This document shows positions 8,436-18,645 of a stretch of 64,000 bases of DNA, in pieces. The stretch lies in the NCBI GenBank assembly GCA_018334055.1, contig JAGXSS010000052.1, forward strand, positions 7,612 through 71,611, given 5' to 3'. The notes beneath the pieces were generated by a model, which made no database searches, was not told the origin of the DNA, and was given only the letters and a program-made list of their open reading frames with translations. This DNA comes from Peptococcaceae bacterium. GTDB taxonomy: Bacteria; Bacillota; UBA994. How positions within the stretch are numbered: the first letter of the stretch is position 1; every line of letters begins with the position of its first letter. Position numbers and translations under genes: made by a program.

Positions 8436-11400
8436 CTATCCTGTTGCGATGTCGGATATTCTCACTGTAAGAATTTTTGAAACCCCTTGCTCTGGCATCG
8501 TGACGCCATAGAGCACATCCGAGGCCATCATAGTACCCTTGGTGTGGGTAATAAGTAAGAACTGAGTTAGGGAACTTAGATCCCTGAGAACTGCAATGAG
8601 TCTTTCGACATTAGCATCATCCAGGGGGGCATCTATCTCATCTAGTACGCAAAATGGGGTAGGTTTGACCTTGAGAACGGCGCAGACGAGTGCTATAGCG
8701 ACTAACGCTCTTTCCCCACCAGAGAGCAAAGCAATATTTTGCAATCTTTTACCTACCGGCTGCACATCAATCTCGATTCCCGATTCCAGCGGCTTGTCCT
8801 TATCGATTAAGAACAGGCGCGAAGTGGCACCTCCGAAAAGTCGGCCCACCATCTCCTGAAAAGCAGTCTTGACCTCATTGAAACCAGCGAGGAATCTCTC
8901 ACCCATGATGGCATCGAGATTGGCCAGTACCTCTTTGAGCCTCCCCGATGCGCTCTCGAGGTCTTCCTGCTCTTTAGTTAGGAAGGCCACTCGCTCAGAG
9001 ATCCGGGCATGCTCATCGATGGCCGAAACCCTAATGGCTCCGAGCTCCAATATCTGGGCATCAAGGGTAGCGATTGCCGACTCCGCCTCGCTACGATTAT
9101 TGATGTTAATCACATTACGCCGAGTATCCTCGCTAATTTCACCTAACTTGGCCTGTAGGTACTCGGCTTCGACCTTGAGACGCTCGAGGCGGATTGCTAA
9201 GTTATGTAGTTTTTGCCGATTTAAGTTCGAGTCCTGAAGGTTTTTGTCCAGAGCAGCCACTATTTCCTGCTGCTCCTTTTGCAAAGCTAGTCTCTCTCCT
9301 TGCTCTACGCCATGCGCCTCTGCCATTACGGCTACCCTCTGCTCGAGAAACAGAACATCTTGTTCGACTTGAGCGAGGCTAGCCACCAATGTATCTTGCT
9401 CATCTTGATTATGCAAAAGTTCTCGCAAGACTTCGGCCGCCCTACTGCCGGCCTCATTATAAAGCGCTTCCTGCTCAGTAAGGCGCATGGCATAAGTGCC
9501 GAGCATGGTCTCATACCTAGCTTTTGCGACTTGCAATTCGACTCTGCGCTCCGCATTCGTTTCGGCTAGACTAAGTGCCTCGGTACAGAGCGCGGTCAGT
9601 GCCAATTCATCTTGCGAAGAGGCAGACTGTGCTAGTTCCACAACCTGCCTAAGAACTGCCTGCTCTTTCTCTAGGGCCGCGATGCTCTCGCTAAGAGCCT
9701 TACTTTCCATGTCATTTTGCTCGAGCAAAGACCTATGCTTGGTCCACTGCAAGTCGTAGGCCAACAAGGACCGCTTGCTTTGTTCTATCGCCAAACGCTG
9801 TCTCTCTTCTGTTGCTAACGCGGAGGTAACCGAGGTTTGAGTAGCTGTGTAAGACTTATCTAGCTCCTTGACTTCCTCTCGCAGGCGGGAAATTTCCTTT
9901 TCGGCATCTTCAATTTCTCGCTTTCTCACCAAAAGCCACGCCTGCCGCTCTGGCCGGCTGCCTCCGGTCAGTGAACCGCTAGGTTGGCGGATGTCGCCAT
10001 CAAGGGTCACTATACGCCAAGCATTGCCCGTCTCCTTGGCAACCAACGTGACCGCATCAATACTGTCCACCACTAGCACATTGCCGAGCAATTGCAGGAC
10101 GACCGGTCGAACCTGAGGCTGGCTGCTCACCAGGTCGACGGCCCTCCCAAGGAAATTCGGCATAGCCTTGACGATTGCCGGCACGTCCCTCGCTGTACGG
10201 GGACGCATGGCATCCAGTGGAAAGAATGTGGCCCTGCCCTGTTCCTTGTCCTTAAGTAATTTAACGGCGCTCTTAGCTTGCCCCTCGGTGACGGTAACGA
10301 TATCGCTGACCGCTCCACCGAGCGCAACCTCTATGGCCGTTTCTAGGCCTGCCGGGGTGGAAATGAGCTCGCCAATTACACCGAGAATGCCTGGCAAACC
10401 ACTTCGCAAAACATACTTGACCCCACGGCTCAGTCCTTCCATTTGTTCCTCGCTGGACTTTAAGGCACGATATCGATTTTCCGTGCGAAAAAGCTGGGCT
10501 TGCTGCTTGTTGAGATTATCACTTTGCTGTTTTTGTTCTTGGCGTAACTCCGATATGCGAACTGTGAGTCGGCGTTCTTCTCCTTCTAGCGCGGCAAGAT
10601 TAATTTTTTCTGCTGCTATTTTTACATCTAGCTCCGCGAGGCCAGCGGCATACTCGGTGTGGTTGGCGAATAGTGGTAGATGCAGCTTGGTCTTCTGAGT
10701 CAGCTGTTCTTCTAATCGAACAATCTGCTTTTCGTTGGCGATTCTCTCCCTATTCTCTTGGAACAGTCGCTCCTCAATCACTGCGATTTCCCGTTTTAAA
10801 TCTAACTCACGCTTCGCGGCAGGCGTATCGCCCCAAGCCTCAATGATCTCTAGTTCGGCACTATTTTGGGCCAAGTTGCGCCGTTCCTCGGTCTCATCTA
10901 ATCGTAGCCTTGATATCTGCTGAGCGATTTTTTGTTGTTCGTCTTGGTACTGGGTGAGGCGCTTAGCGAGAATGGCTCTTTGTCCATGCGCTTTTTCTAG
11001 AGCCGCGGCGATTTCTAATTGGCGTTCGCTTTTTTGCCGTAAAAGCAGCTTGTTTTCATAAATGCTCCTTTCTCTATCCTGAATCTTGATATGAATCTCG
11101 CTATCTAAGAGCAAAGTGGTCGTCTGCTTGGTCAGCAAAGTACTGCGCGAAATATCAAGGCTTAAATGCTCGTCATTGATGCGCTCTGTTTGTTGGGTCA
11201 GGCTCTGTGTCAATCGTTCATTTAACCCTAGCTCGTAACTGAGAAGAGCCTGTTCCCAATTCTCCCGCCGTGCACTCAGTTCAAGATATTCTCTGGCCTT
11301 CTGGGCTTCTTCACCGAGTGGATCAAGTTGATTGCCAAGCTCAGCGGAGACATCGCGCACGCGACAGAGATTGGCTGCTGTCTCGGTCAGTCGAACTTCG

Positions 11401-11930
11401 GTCTCGCGCTTGCGGAGCTTGTAACGCGAGATGCCGGCGGCCTCCTCGAATATCACTCGCCGATTGCGAGGATCTGCACTGATAATTTCCTCGATTCTCC
11501 CTTGACCCACAAATGAATATGAGTCCCGCCCAATCCCAGTATCGAGAAAGAGCTCCGTAATATCTTTCAGCCGACACGGACGGCGGTTAATTAAGTACTC
11601 ACTCTCTTGGTTACGAAATACACGCCGGGTGATCATGACTTCAATCGCGTCTAAGGGCAAGCGTTTGGAGGAATTATCGAAGACCACGGTCACTTCAGCG
11701 AACCCGATGCTCTTGCGCTTGGCTGTTCCGCCAAAGATAATGTCCTCCATGCGACTTCCTCGGAGGACACGAGGAGACTGTTCCCCTAAAACCCATTTCA
11801 CGGCATCCGCAATATTGCTCTTGCCGCTGCCATTAGGACCGACAATGGCCGTCAGACCTTCCCCAAGCTCAATTTCCGTTCTGTCCGCAAACGACTTAAA
11901 ACCATACACTTCAACACGCCTTATTTTCAT
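8436..11930 (-). CDS. smc: chromosome segregation protein SMC
   Basis: 1164 aa. N-terminal Walker A (GPNGSGKSNI), long coiled coils, hinge, and C-terminal signature plus Walker B (LSGGERALVAIAL...LDEIDAPLD). Confidence 0.95.
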   Translation of the reverse strand: MKIRRVEVYGFKSFADRTEIELGEGLTAIVGPNGSGKSNIADAVKWVLGEQSPRVLRGSRMEDIIFGGTAKRKSIGFAEVTVVFDNSSKRLPLDAIEVMITRRVFRNQESEYLINRRPCRLKDITELFLDTGIGRDSYSFVGQGRIEEIISADPRNRRVIFEEAAGISRYKLRKRETEVRLTETAANLCRVRDVSAELGNQLDPLGEEAQKAREYLELSARRENWEQALLSYELGLNERLTQSLTQQTERINDEHLSLDISRSTLLTKQTTTLLLDSEIHIKIQDRERSIYENKLLLRQKSERQLEIAAALEKAHGQRAILAKRLTQYQDEQQKIAQQISRLRLDETEERRNLAQNSAELEIIEAWGDTPAAKRELDLKREIAVIEERLFQENRERIANEKQIVRLEEQLTQKTKLHLPLFANHTEYAAGLAELDVKIAAEKINLAALEGEERRLTVRISELRQEQKQQSDNLNKQQAQLFRTENRYRALKSSEEQMEGLSRGVKYVLRSGLPGILGVIGELISTPAGLETAIEVALGGAVSDIVTVTEGQAKSAVKLLKDKEQGRATFFPLDAMRPRTARDVPAIVKAMPNFLGRAVDLVSSQPQVRPVVLQLLGNVLVVDSIDAVTLVAKETGNAWRIVTLDGDIRQPSGSLTGGSRPERQAWLLVRKREIEDAEKEISRLREEVKELDKSYTATQTSVTSALATEERQRLAIEQSKRSLLAYDLQWTKHRSLLEQNDMESKALSESIAALEKEQAVLRQVVELAQSASSQDELALTALCTEALSLAETNAERRVELQVAKARYETMLGTYAMRLTEQEALYNEAGSRAAEVLRELLHNQDEQDTLVASLAQVEQDVLFLEQRVAVMAEAHGVEQGERLALQKEQQEIVAALDKNLQDSNLNRQKLHNLAIRLERLKVEAEYLQAKLGEISEDTRRNVININNRSEAESAIATLDAQILELGAIRVSAIDEHARISERVAFLTKEQEDLESASGRLKEVLANLDAIMGERFLAGFNEVKTAFQEMVGRLFGGATSRLFLIDKDKPLESGIEIDVQPVGKRLQNIALLSGGERALVAIALVCAVLKVKPTPFCVLDEIDAPLDDANVERLIAVLRDLSSLTQFLLITHTKGTMMASDVLYGVTMPEQGVSKILTVRISDIATG

Positions 11931-11965
11931 AACTCACATCCTTTAACGCTGCTATTGTAACACAA

Positions 11966-12014
11966 AGAAAAAAAATCCGCCCTGAGCATCGGTTTGACCG
12001 AGGACTCCGGGCGG
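11966..12014 (-). terminator. rho-independent terminator downstream of spoVS
   Basis: Imperfect GC-rich hairpin (plus 11977-12014) followed on the minus strand by TTTTTTTT. A possible extended -10 (TGTTACAAT, plus 11954-11962) for smc lies just downstream. Confidence 0.55.
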
Positions 12015-12040
12015 TATTGCTAAGGTCATGAAAGACTCCT

Positions 12041-12301
12041 TTATCGTGGGTTAACGATGAAACGTATGGCGGTGCGCAAAACTCCATCGATGTAAATGTC
12101 TGCAAAAGCCGGAATAGTCACTAGGTTGACCCCATTAGAGGCCACATAACCCCTGCAAATGGCTATGGCCTTGACGGCTTGATTGACCGCCCCCGCCCCG
12201 ACAGCCTGCAACTCAGCCGTCCCTCGCTCGCGCAACACTGCTGCTAATGCGCCCGCAACTGATTTTGGATTTGAATTGGCCGAAACCCTTAGTATTTCCA
12301 A
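12041..12301 (-). CDS. spoVS: stage V sporulation protein S
   Basis: The 86 aa product aligns end to end with B. subtilis SpoVS (SVAGALA..LRERG.AE.QA.GAGA.NQAVKA.AI.RG). Apparent TTG start with GGGAGGGGTGG RBS. Confidence 0.9.
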   Translation of the reverse strand: MEILRVSANSNPKSVAGALAAVLRERGTAELQAVGAGAVNQAVKAIAICRGYVASNGVNLVTIPAFADIYIDGVLRTAIRFIVNPR

Positions 12302-12360
12302 GTTCCACCCCTCCCACGCAAGCTATCCCTAATTAGTATGCGGAGGTATGGCCCAAGTTG

Positions 12361-13044
12361 TTATTTATTGCTACGCAAATTCCTAAGCGCTACGAGCGCC
12401 GCAGCCTGCTCAGCCTGCTTTTTGCTCTTCCCTTCTCCTACACCCTGGGAAAACCCTTTGACGAAGACTTCTGTCCGGTAACTGCGGTCATGATCCGGAC
12501 CGCTGGCCTCTAGCAGGGCATATCTAACGGACTCTGGGGCTAGTTCCTGGAGGGCACTTTTGGCATCCGCTTCTGCCCACAGCTCCGTTGCTTCAGCCAG
12601 ATGTTCGTGGTAAAGCAAAACAAATAGTTGACGGGCTCGGAGCACGCCGCCACAAAGGAAGGCCGCTCCGAGAAGCGCCTCCACACAACCGGCGAGAATT
12701 CGTGGCCTTTCATGGCCACCACTGCCGGCAGCGCTCTTGCCAAGACGCATATAAAGAGCAATGTTAAAGCGTTTGGCAATCAAGGCGAGGGTCGCTTCTC
12801 GCACTAAGTAGGCGCGCAACCGGCTGAGCTGCCCTTCATTCAGGGCAGGGAACATCGTATAGAGGGTTTCACTACACAAGAGGGCCAGTACCGCGTCCCC
12901 TAAAAACTCTAAACGCTCATTGTCGCACTCACCGACATGGGTGTTTATATAAGACGAATGCGTCAAGGCCTGTAAAACCAGGACCTCGTGCTCTAAGGAG
13001 AAACCCAACGTTGTCGTCAGTTCGTTGATTTGTGACAAGCGCAC
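12361..13044 (-). CDS. rnc: ribonuclease III
   Basis: RNase III signature (ERLEFLGDAVL) plus a C-terminal dsRBD. Position upstream of smc as in B. subtilis. Confidence 0.9.
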   Translation of the reverse strand: MRLSQINELTTTLGFSLEHEVLVLQALTHSSYINTHVGECDNERLEFLGDAVLALLCSETLYTMFPALNEGQLSRLRAYLVREATLALIAKRFNIALYMRLGKSAAGSGGHERPRILAGCVEALLGAAFLCGGVLRARQLFVLLYHEHLAEATELWAEADAKSALQELAPESVRYALLEASGPDHDRSYRTEVFVKGFSQGVGEGKSKKQAEQAAALVALRNLRSNK

Positions 13045-13049
13045 CTCTC

Positions 13050-13283
13050 CTATGTTCGTCTTAATATATAGCTGACCGCAGCGTCAACAGTAGTGATATT
13101 GGCCACTTCTTCATCTTCGAGGGTAATGTCGAATTCCTGCTCGATCGCCATGGCAATCTCGACTAAGTTGATTGAATCTGCGCCCAGGTCTTGCTTAAAA
13201 CGCGAATCAGGCCGAACCCGCGACTCCTCAACACGCAAAATGCGCGCCACAATACGGCTGACTTGGTCAAAAACATCTTGCAT
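13050..13283 (-). CDS. acpP: acyl carrier protein
   Basis: 77 aa with the phosphopantetheine attachment motif DLGADSINLVEI. Confidence 0.9.
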   Translation of the reverse strand: MQDVFDQVSRIVARILRVEESRVRPDSRFKQDLGADSINLVEIAMAIEQEFDITLEDEEVANITTVDAAVSYILRRT

Positions 13284-13297
13284 AAAGAGCCTCCTTC

Positions 13298-14164
13298 CTA
13301 TGATAGTGGAACGACAACCAACCCAATCGCCCCAGGGCCTACATGGACCCCTATTACCGGGCCAATTTGATTGATGGTGAATTCATCAATTTGATACTTG
13401 TCCGCAACTAAGGTCCTTAGCTCCTCCGCCCTACTTTGACAATTACCATGCATAATGCCCACGCTAACACGAGAACTGTAGGGCACAAATTCCCCTGCTG
13501 CCTCTACGAGGCTCTTGAGTACCTTGCTCATGTTTCCCCGCACCTTGCTATGGGCCACAATAGCGCCGTCTTTAAGTCGCAAAATGGGGTGCACGTTGAG
13601 AATTGACCCCAGGAGTGAGCTGGCCTTCCCTATGCGACCGTTCTTCTCTAGCCAAACCAAGTTCTCCACCGAAAGCACAAATACCTGGTTCTTTGACACT
13701 GCTTTAACACGGGTAATAATCTCGCCTGTCTTAGCCCCAGCGTTACGCGCCCGAGCCGCCTCCATCACTGCCAAACCGAGCCCCAGTGAAGCACCCTGAC
13801 TATCGACCACGGTAATCTTGCCGCCGTCCACCATCTCGCTCGCTAAAACCGCTGATTGATAGGTGCCCGACAAATGAGAGGAGATATGTATGGATACTAT
13901 TTCTTTGTACTCACTGAGCAGCTTCGTGTAGACCTCACTAAACTCCCCCGGAGAGGGCTGTGAAGTGCGGGGATGCACCTTGGATGTGGGGAGGATCTCG
14001 AAAAAACCCTGGCTGGAGATGTCGATGCCATCTTTGAAATTATTTTCCCCAAAGATGACATTGAGAGGGACGACGACAATCCCCAGTTCCTCCACTAAAG
14101 ACAAAGGCAGGTCGGCAGTGCTATCCGTGACAATGGCGATTTCTTTCTGTAGCATATCCATCAT
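13298..14164 (-). CDS. DegV family fatty-acid-binding protein (FakB-like)
   Basis: DegV/EDD-fold N-terminus (IAIVTDSTADLP). Occupies the plsX-acpP interval where fabD and fabG sit in Bacillus. Confidence 0.85.
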   Translation of the reverse strand: MMDMLQKEIAIVTDSTADLPLSLVEELGIVVVPLNVIFGENNFKDGIDISSQGFFEILPTSKVHPRTSQPSPGEFSEVYTKLLSEYKEIVSIHISSHLSGTYQSAVLASEMVDGGKITVVDSQGASLGLGLAVMEAARARNAGAKTGEIITRVKAVSKNQVFVLSVENLVWLEKNGRIGKASSLLGSILNVHPILRLKDGAIVAHSKVRGNMSKVLKSLVEAAGEFVPYSSRVSVGIMHGNCQSRAEELRTLVADKYQIDEFTINQIGPVIGVHVGPGAIGLVVVPLS

Positions 14165-14175
14165 CCTTTCTTGCG

Positions 14176-15171
14176 TTATGAGTTACTGACTTTTGTGGAA
14201 TCCGTGATTTTCTTAATCACCTCCTGCGAGATGAATTTTTCCGCCTGGTAGATGCCATTTTTGATGGCCAAGGCTCGCGACGACCCATGACACTTGACAA
14301 AAACACCATTTATGCCCAGAAGGGGCGCACCACCGTGTTCTGCATAATCAAAACGACGCTTGAGCTTACGCAGTGACGGTTTTAACATCACCGCCCCGAG
14401 TTTACTTCGTAGATCACTCGTAAAACTCTCCCGCAACAATTCAAAAAGCGTAGCTGTTACGCCCTCCATCATTTTTAGAAGAACATTGCCGGTAAACCCG
14501 TCGCATACCGCAACATCAACTTCCCCGCTTAGTAGCATGCGTGCTTCCATATTGCCTAAGAAGTTGATGTCCGCGCCCTTGAGTAAAGCGAAGGCCTCTT
14601 TGGTCGCTTGGTTGCCTTTTCCTTCTTCGGTGCCCACGTTGAGTAACGCCACTTTTGGACGCGTTCTCCCGAGCACTTTTTCGGCATATATTGACCCCAT
14701 GATGCCATACTGGGCTAAGTGCTCTCCTTTAGCGTCCATGTTAGCACCCACATCAAGTAAGACTACACCCTTGCCGTCTAGCGTAGGCAGCAAAGGGGCG
14801 AGGGCTGGCCGCTCGATATTGGCAATCCGCCCGGCGATAAAAAGTCCCGCAGCCATAAAAGCCCCGGTATTCCCAGCCGTGACGAAAGCATCAGCCTGCT
14901 TGTTTTTAATTAAATGCGCCCCCACCACCAGGGTAGCATTCGGTTTCCGGCGCAAGGCGAGGGCAGGAGCCTCATCATTATCGATTACATCTTCAGCCGG
15001 AACTACTTCGATGTGGGTGGCCATGCCTTCCTGCTTCAGCATACCCTCCAGCACAATGCCTGGACCAACTAGGGCCACCTTGAGTCCTCTTTCCCTTACC
15101 GCCGCGACTGCACCTGCCACAATCTCGCTTGGGGCATGGTCGCCGCCGAGGGCATCCACCAGAATCCGCAT
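14176..15171 (-). CDS. plsX: phosphate acyltransferase PlsX
   Basis: MRILVDALGGDHAP N-terminus. AGAGGTG RBS. Downstream of rpmF. Confidence 0.9.
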   Translation of the reverse strand: MRILVDALGGDHAPSEIVAGAVAAVRERGLKVALVGPGIVLEGMLKQEGMATHIEVVPAEDVIDNDEAPALALRRKPNATLVVGAHLIKNKQADAFVTAGNTGAFMAAGLFIAGRIANIERPALAPLLPTLDGKGVVLLDVGANMDAKGEHLAQYGIMGSIYAEKVLGRTRPKVALLNVGTEEGKGNQATKEAFALLKGADINFLGNMEARMLLSGEVDVAVCDGFTGNVLLKMMEGVTATLFELLRESFTSDLRSKLGAVMLKPSLRKLKRRFDYAEHGGAPLLGINGVFVKCHGSSRALAIKNGIYQAEKFISQEVIKKITDSTKVSNS

Positions 15172-15205
15172 ACTTACACCTCTACACATGCTATATTCTA
15201 TCCTC

Positions 15206-15235
15206 AGTATACTTCATTCCCAGAATATTGAGCAA
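15206..15235 (-). promoter_or_regulatory. sigma-A-type promoter for plsX
   Basis: On the minus strand TTGCTC-N18-TATACT, about 30 nt upstream of the plsX start. Confidence 0.45.
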
Positions 15236-15263
15236 CTACTTTCGTATACATCTTGTGCACCAA

Positions 15264-15298
15264 ACACAAGGAAGGCGGATGTTCCGCCTTCCTTGTGT
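15264..15298 (-). terminator. strong stem-loop after rpmF, a possible terminator or attenuator
   Basis: Perfect 16-bp inverted repeat ACACAAGGAAGGCGGA-TGT-TCCGCCTTCCTTGTGT. On the minus strand it is followed by a weak U tract (TTGGTG). Confidence 0.5.
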
Positions 15299-15306
15299 TG
15301 TAGTTG

Positions 15307-15483
15307 CTACTTTACAACGATAACAGCTCTGTTTTTGTAATACCCGCACGCGGTACACACACGATGAGGGAGCTTAGCCTCATGACACTGGGGGCAGGAT
15401 ACCAACCCGGGAGAGGTCAGTTTCCAATTGGCGCGCCTCTTATCGCGGCGAGCCTTTGAAGTTTTTCTTTTTGGTAGTGCCAT
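15307..15483 (-). CDS. rpmF: 50S ribosomal protein L32
   Basis: Not in the ORF track because it is 58 aa. Minus-strand translation [58 protein letters not shown] is a full L32 with a Zn ribbon. The start overlaps the yceD 3' end by 41 nt. Confidence 0.85.
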   Translation of the reverse strand: MALPKRKTSKARRDKRRANWKLTSPGLVSCPQCHEAKLPHRVCTACGYYKNRAVIVVK

Positions 15484-16012
15484 CTAACACACCTCCTTTG
15501 TCATTCAGCAGACGCCCCAATACAGCCAACCGCGGATCGACATCACGCATAGCGCAGTTGCATTCGGCTTCATTCAAATTTTTGCCACAGAATGCGCACA
15601 TACCTTGGCAATCAGGAGAACACCAGGCCCGCATTGGCAAATGCGCCAGAACCATCTCTGTGGCATATAATTCCAAGTTGATCATCCGGCGAGAACTATC
15701 CACGAATGCAGAAACTAAGAAATCTCCGCTCTCCTCACCCTGCCCGAAAGGCCACCAAGCGTCCGCATAATCGCAATTTAGCGCAAATTCGGTCGGGGAC
15801 AAACAACGAGCACAAGAGACCACCCCCCGACCTTGAATACGACCAAGTATGTCGATCTTCTCCCCCGAACGCACGAGCACAAAGTCGACCTGGGTAGGCA
15901 CGGTGGGGATGAAGGCATCGCCTTGCGTCGTGAGCGGCAAAGGAGGCAAAATCACAGTATATTCTCTCGCCCCATTTAAGTTACCGAGCTCATCTAGCGG
16001 TAGCCACATCAT
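15440..16012 (-). CDS. yceD: DUF177/YceD family protein (23S rRNA accumulation protein)
   Basis: Conserved Cys cluster (CARC...[17 protein letters not shown]). Canonical position upstream of rpmF. Confidence 0.85.
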   Translation of the reverse strand: MMWLPLDELGNLNGAREYTVILPPLPLTTQGDAFIPTVPTQVDFVLVRSGEKIDILGRIQGRGVVSCARCLSPTEFALNCDYADAWWPFGQGEESGDFLVSAFVDSSRRMINLELYATEMVLAHLPMRAWCSPDCQGMCAFCGKNLNEAECNCAMRDVDPRLAVLGRLLNDKGGVLDGTTKKKNFKGSPR

Positions 16013-16052
16013 TTGATCACCTCATAGATTATACACAGGGGCATAGGTGCTG

Positions 16053-17252
16053 TCAAACCGAGCCAACGATGAATTTCGTATCCCTGGCAATGACGAGCTC
16101 CTCATTGGTGGGGATAAGCAGAACTCGTACCTTGGCGCTCGCGGTGCTGAGGTCCACCTCTTTGCCCCGCACTCTATTTTTAGCAGGATCAATTTCCACA
16201 CCCATAAAGCCTAGGTGTTTGCAAACTTCGTCCCGCACTTCAGGCGAGTTCTCACCGAGACCAGCGGTAAAGACTATGGCATCAACCCCCCCAAGCGCAG
16301 CGGCATAGGCACCCACATACTTGCGCACTCGATAGTAGTACATGTCCAGTGCTAGCTTGGACTTATGATCTCCCTGAGCGGCAGCATCCTCAATGACGCG
16401 GAAATCACTGCTCACTTCAGAGAGAGCATTCATACCACAGCTCTTGTTGAGAAAGTTGTTAACCTGTTCCGGGGACATTTGTTCCTTCTCCATGATAAAA
16501 GGAACTATGGCCGGGTCGAGGTCGCCGGAGCGCGTGCCCATGATGAGGCCCTCTAGGGGAGTAAAGCCCATACTGGTATCCATGGACTTACCGCCGCTAA
16601 TAGCAGCCACTGAAGCGCCGTTACCGAGATGACAAGTAATGAGTTTTAACTCGTCAGCTGCTTTCCCGAGCAATACCGCGGCCCTCTCGGTGACATAGCG
16701 ATGCGATGTCCCGTGGAAACCGTACCGACGTATGCCGTACTTCTCATAATAGGTTTGCGGTAAGGCATAACGATAAGCGTATTCCGGCATGGTCTGGTGA
16801 AAGGCCGTGTCAAATACCGCAACGTGTTTTGCCGCCGGCATGAACCTGCTGCAGACTTCAATGCCCATGATATTGGGCGGATTGTGCAGTGGGGCGAGAG
16901 CGATGCATTCACGGAGAGCCTGCATAACCTCGGGCGTAATCAAGACGGAAGTCGCATACTTCTCGCCGGCGTGGACGACCCGGTGCCCCACCGCTTCAAT
17001 TTCGGACATGTCCTTCACCACACCGTGCTCGCCACTGGTAAGCGCATCGATGACCAAGGTAATAGCTACCTCATGGTTCGCGATCGGAGCTTCCACCAAA
17101 TGGTTGCTTTCTTCTCCCCGCCTATGTTTAAGAAAACTCCCCGGCAAACCTATTTTCTCCACCAGACCCTTAGCAAGCACATCCTCCTTGGCCATATCGA
17201 ATACCTGGTACTTGAGAGACGAACTACCGCAATTTATGACCAGAATTTTCAC
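16053..17252 (-). CDS. ackA: acetate kinase
   Basis: [16 protein letters not shown]-terminus and the ASKHG fold. The best start is GTG at 17250-17252 with GAGGAGG 8 nt upstream. The track's first codon is TTG at 17258. Confidence 0.9.
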   Translation of the reverse strand: MKILVINCGSSSLKYQVFDMAKEDVLAKGLVEKIGLPGSFLKHRRGEESNHLVEAPIANHEVAITLVIDALTSGEHGVVKDMSEIEAVGHRVVHAGEKYATSVLITPEVMQALRECIALAPLHNPPNIMGIEVCSRFMPAAKHVAVFDTAFHQTMPEYAYRYALPQTYYEKYGIRRYGFHGTSHRYVTERAAVLLGKAADELKLITCHLGNGASVAAISGGKSMDTSMGFTPLEGLIMGTRSGDLDPAIVPFIMEKEQMSPEQVNNFLNKSCGMNALSEVSSDFRVIEDAAAQGDHKSKLALDMYYYRVRKYVGAYAAALGGVDAIVFTAGLGENSPEVRDEVCKHLGFMGVEIDPAKNRVRGKEVDLSTASAKVRVLLIPTNEELVIARDTKFIVGSV

Positions 17253-17403
17253 TGACAAAACCTCCTCGTGGCATAATGACCCTATTCATTATATCTCCCA
17301 CACACCTACCTCACAAGGTGGAGGCTATCGATGGCCAGAATAGCCATGGTGGGTACGCATATACTGTAGAAACGCGCGTGACCATGTAAGGGAGCGATGC
17401 TTG

Positions 17404-18645
17404 ATGAAACAAAGAATGAGGCGAGGCCCTTGGGGGTCTCTAGCTATGGCCTTCCTAGCAGTATCCCTAACCATAGGAATGGTCATTTTTCCCGAAGACA
17501 CTTTTTCATCAGCCTTAGTGGGACTTCGGGTCTGGTGGGAGATAGTCTTTCCTGCGCTTCTGCCGTTCTTTGTTTTCTCAGAAATTCTCATGGGACTTGG
17601 CGTGGTCAACGCCATGGGTGTACTCCTAGAACCTCTGATGCGGCCACTATTTAATGTGCCGGGAGTTGGGTCTTTTGTCATGGCCATGGGTCTAGCATCG
17701 GGTTACCCGTTAGGCGCAATTCTCACGAGCAAATTGCGTCGTCAAAATGCCTGTAGCCAGGTAGAAGCGGAACGTCTGATATCCTTCACCAACACTGCCG
17801 ACCCCTTATTTATGTTTGGGGCGGTGGCCGTAGGAATGTTTGGCGATGCCACGGTAGGAACCATCCTAGCCTTGTCACATTATCTGGCAAGCTTATTGGT
17901 CGGCTTATGCATGGCTTTTTACTGCCGTAACGCGCCTCAGACGTCCGACCACGTGGTCCGTGGGAATATCCTCATCAAATCCTTAGTAGAACTTCATCGA
18001 GCGAGGAAAAGGGACGGCAGACCCCTCGGACAGTTGATGGGCGATGCCATTCGCAACTCTGTGCAGAGCCTGCTCACCATCGGTGGATTCATAATTATCT
18101 TCTCCGTCTTGACACGGCTAGCGACCATCGTGGGGATTGTTGACCTGATTGGCGCAATGGTAGCCCTGATGTTGGCACCACTTGGCATTGCCACCACCCT
18201 CGCTCCTTCAGTCGTCTCGGGCTTCTTCGAAATTACCCTCGGAACACAAGTATGCGCTGCTGCTATGGCCCCCTTAACGCAGAGAGTGGCTATGGCTGGA
18301 GCGATTATTGCTTGGAGTGGACTTTCGGTGCATGGCCAAGTAGCAAGCGTTATCAATGGCACAGACATACGCATGACCCCTTACCTTCTCTCGCGTCTAT
18401 TGCACGCCGTGTTAGCTTTTGTGCTGACCATAGTTCTTTGGAACACCTTTTCTGTGTTTAATATCACCTTGGATATTCCGGTATTTCTGACCACAATCCC
18501 GAGCTCAAACCCTTCTTTCATCCTATATCGCCTGTGGTTTACAGGACTGAGAGCTGCCACATTCCTAGGTATAGCCGTACTATTTTCTGCGTTAGTTGTC
18601 GGGTTAACGAGAATAAAAATTAGTTTTTGGCGCGTGAAAGCCTAA
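17404..18645 (+). CDS. ylbJ: sporulation integral membrane protein YlbJ (nucleoside-recognition/Gate domains)
   Basis: Polytopic membrane protein with two Gate-like domains. Adjacent to coaD and rsmD as in the B. subtilis ylbH-ylbI-ylbJ cluster. ATG at 17404 with AAGGGAG upstream. Confidence 0.8.
   Translation: MKQRMRRGPWGSLAMAFLAVSLTIGMVIFPEDTFSSALVGLRVWWEIVFPALLPFFVFSEILMGLGVVNAMGVLLEPLMRPLFNVPGVGSFVMAMGLASGYPLGAILTSKLRRQNACSQVEAERLISFTNTADPLFMFGAVAVGMFGDATVGTILALSHYLASLLVGLCMAFYCRNAPQTSDHVVRGNILIKSLVELHRARKRDGRPLGQLMGDAIRNSVQSLLTIGGFIIIFSVLTRLATIVGIVDLIGAMVALMLAPLGIATTLAPSVVSGFFEITLGTQVCAAAMAPLTQRVAMAGAIIAWSGLSVHGQVASVINGTDIRMTPYLLSRLLHAVLAFVLTIVLWNTFSVFNITLDIPVFLTTIPSSNPSFILYRLWFTGLRAATFLGIAVLFSALVVGLTRIKISFWRVKA

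Noticed and set aside
8063-8511. Plus-strand ORFs 8063-8470 and 8224-8511 in the smc-ftsY intergenic region
   Set aside because: They carry the same repeat-derived low-complexity peptide as the ORFs in copy 1 and overlap the ftsY 5' end and smc 3' end. They are artefacts of the repeat.
12540-12779. 79 aa minus-strand ORF inside rnc in another frame, and 11911-12105 overlapping the spoVS terminator region
   Set aside because: They are nested within rnc, or span a terminator hairpin, with no RBS. They are artefacts.
14360-15340. 326 aa plus-strand ORF antisense to plsX. Similar long antisense ORFs occur at 50768-51427 (antisense to ftsZ), 20634-21173 (yloV), 10168-10698 (smc) and 1578-2174 (rbgA)
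   Set aside because: They are Ser/Ala/Pro-rich translations typical of the antisense strand of GC-rich genes. Each lies entirely inside a strongly supported gene on the other strand, and none has a start signal.
17258-17404. Possible tRNA or small RNA in the larger intergenic gaps (17258-17404, 19740-19888, 20117-20245, 22263-22416, 41225-41313)
   Set aside because: By eye I found no cloverleaf-compatible segments or conserved T-loop (GTTCRANYC) motifs. The gaps are explained by promoters and terminators.
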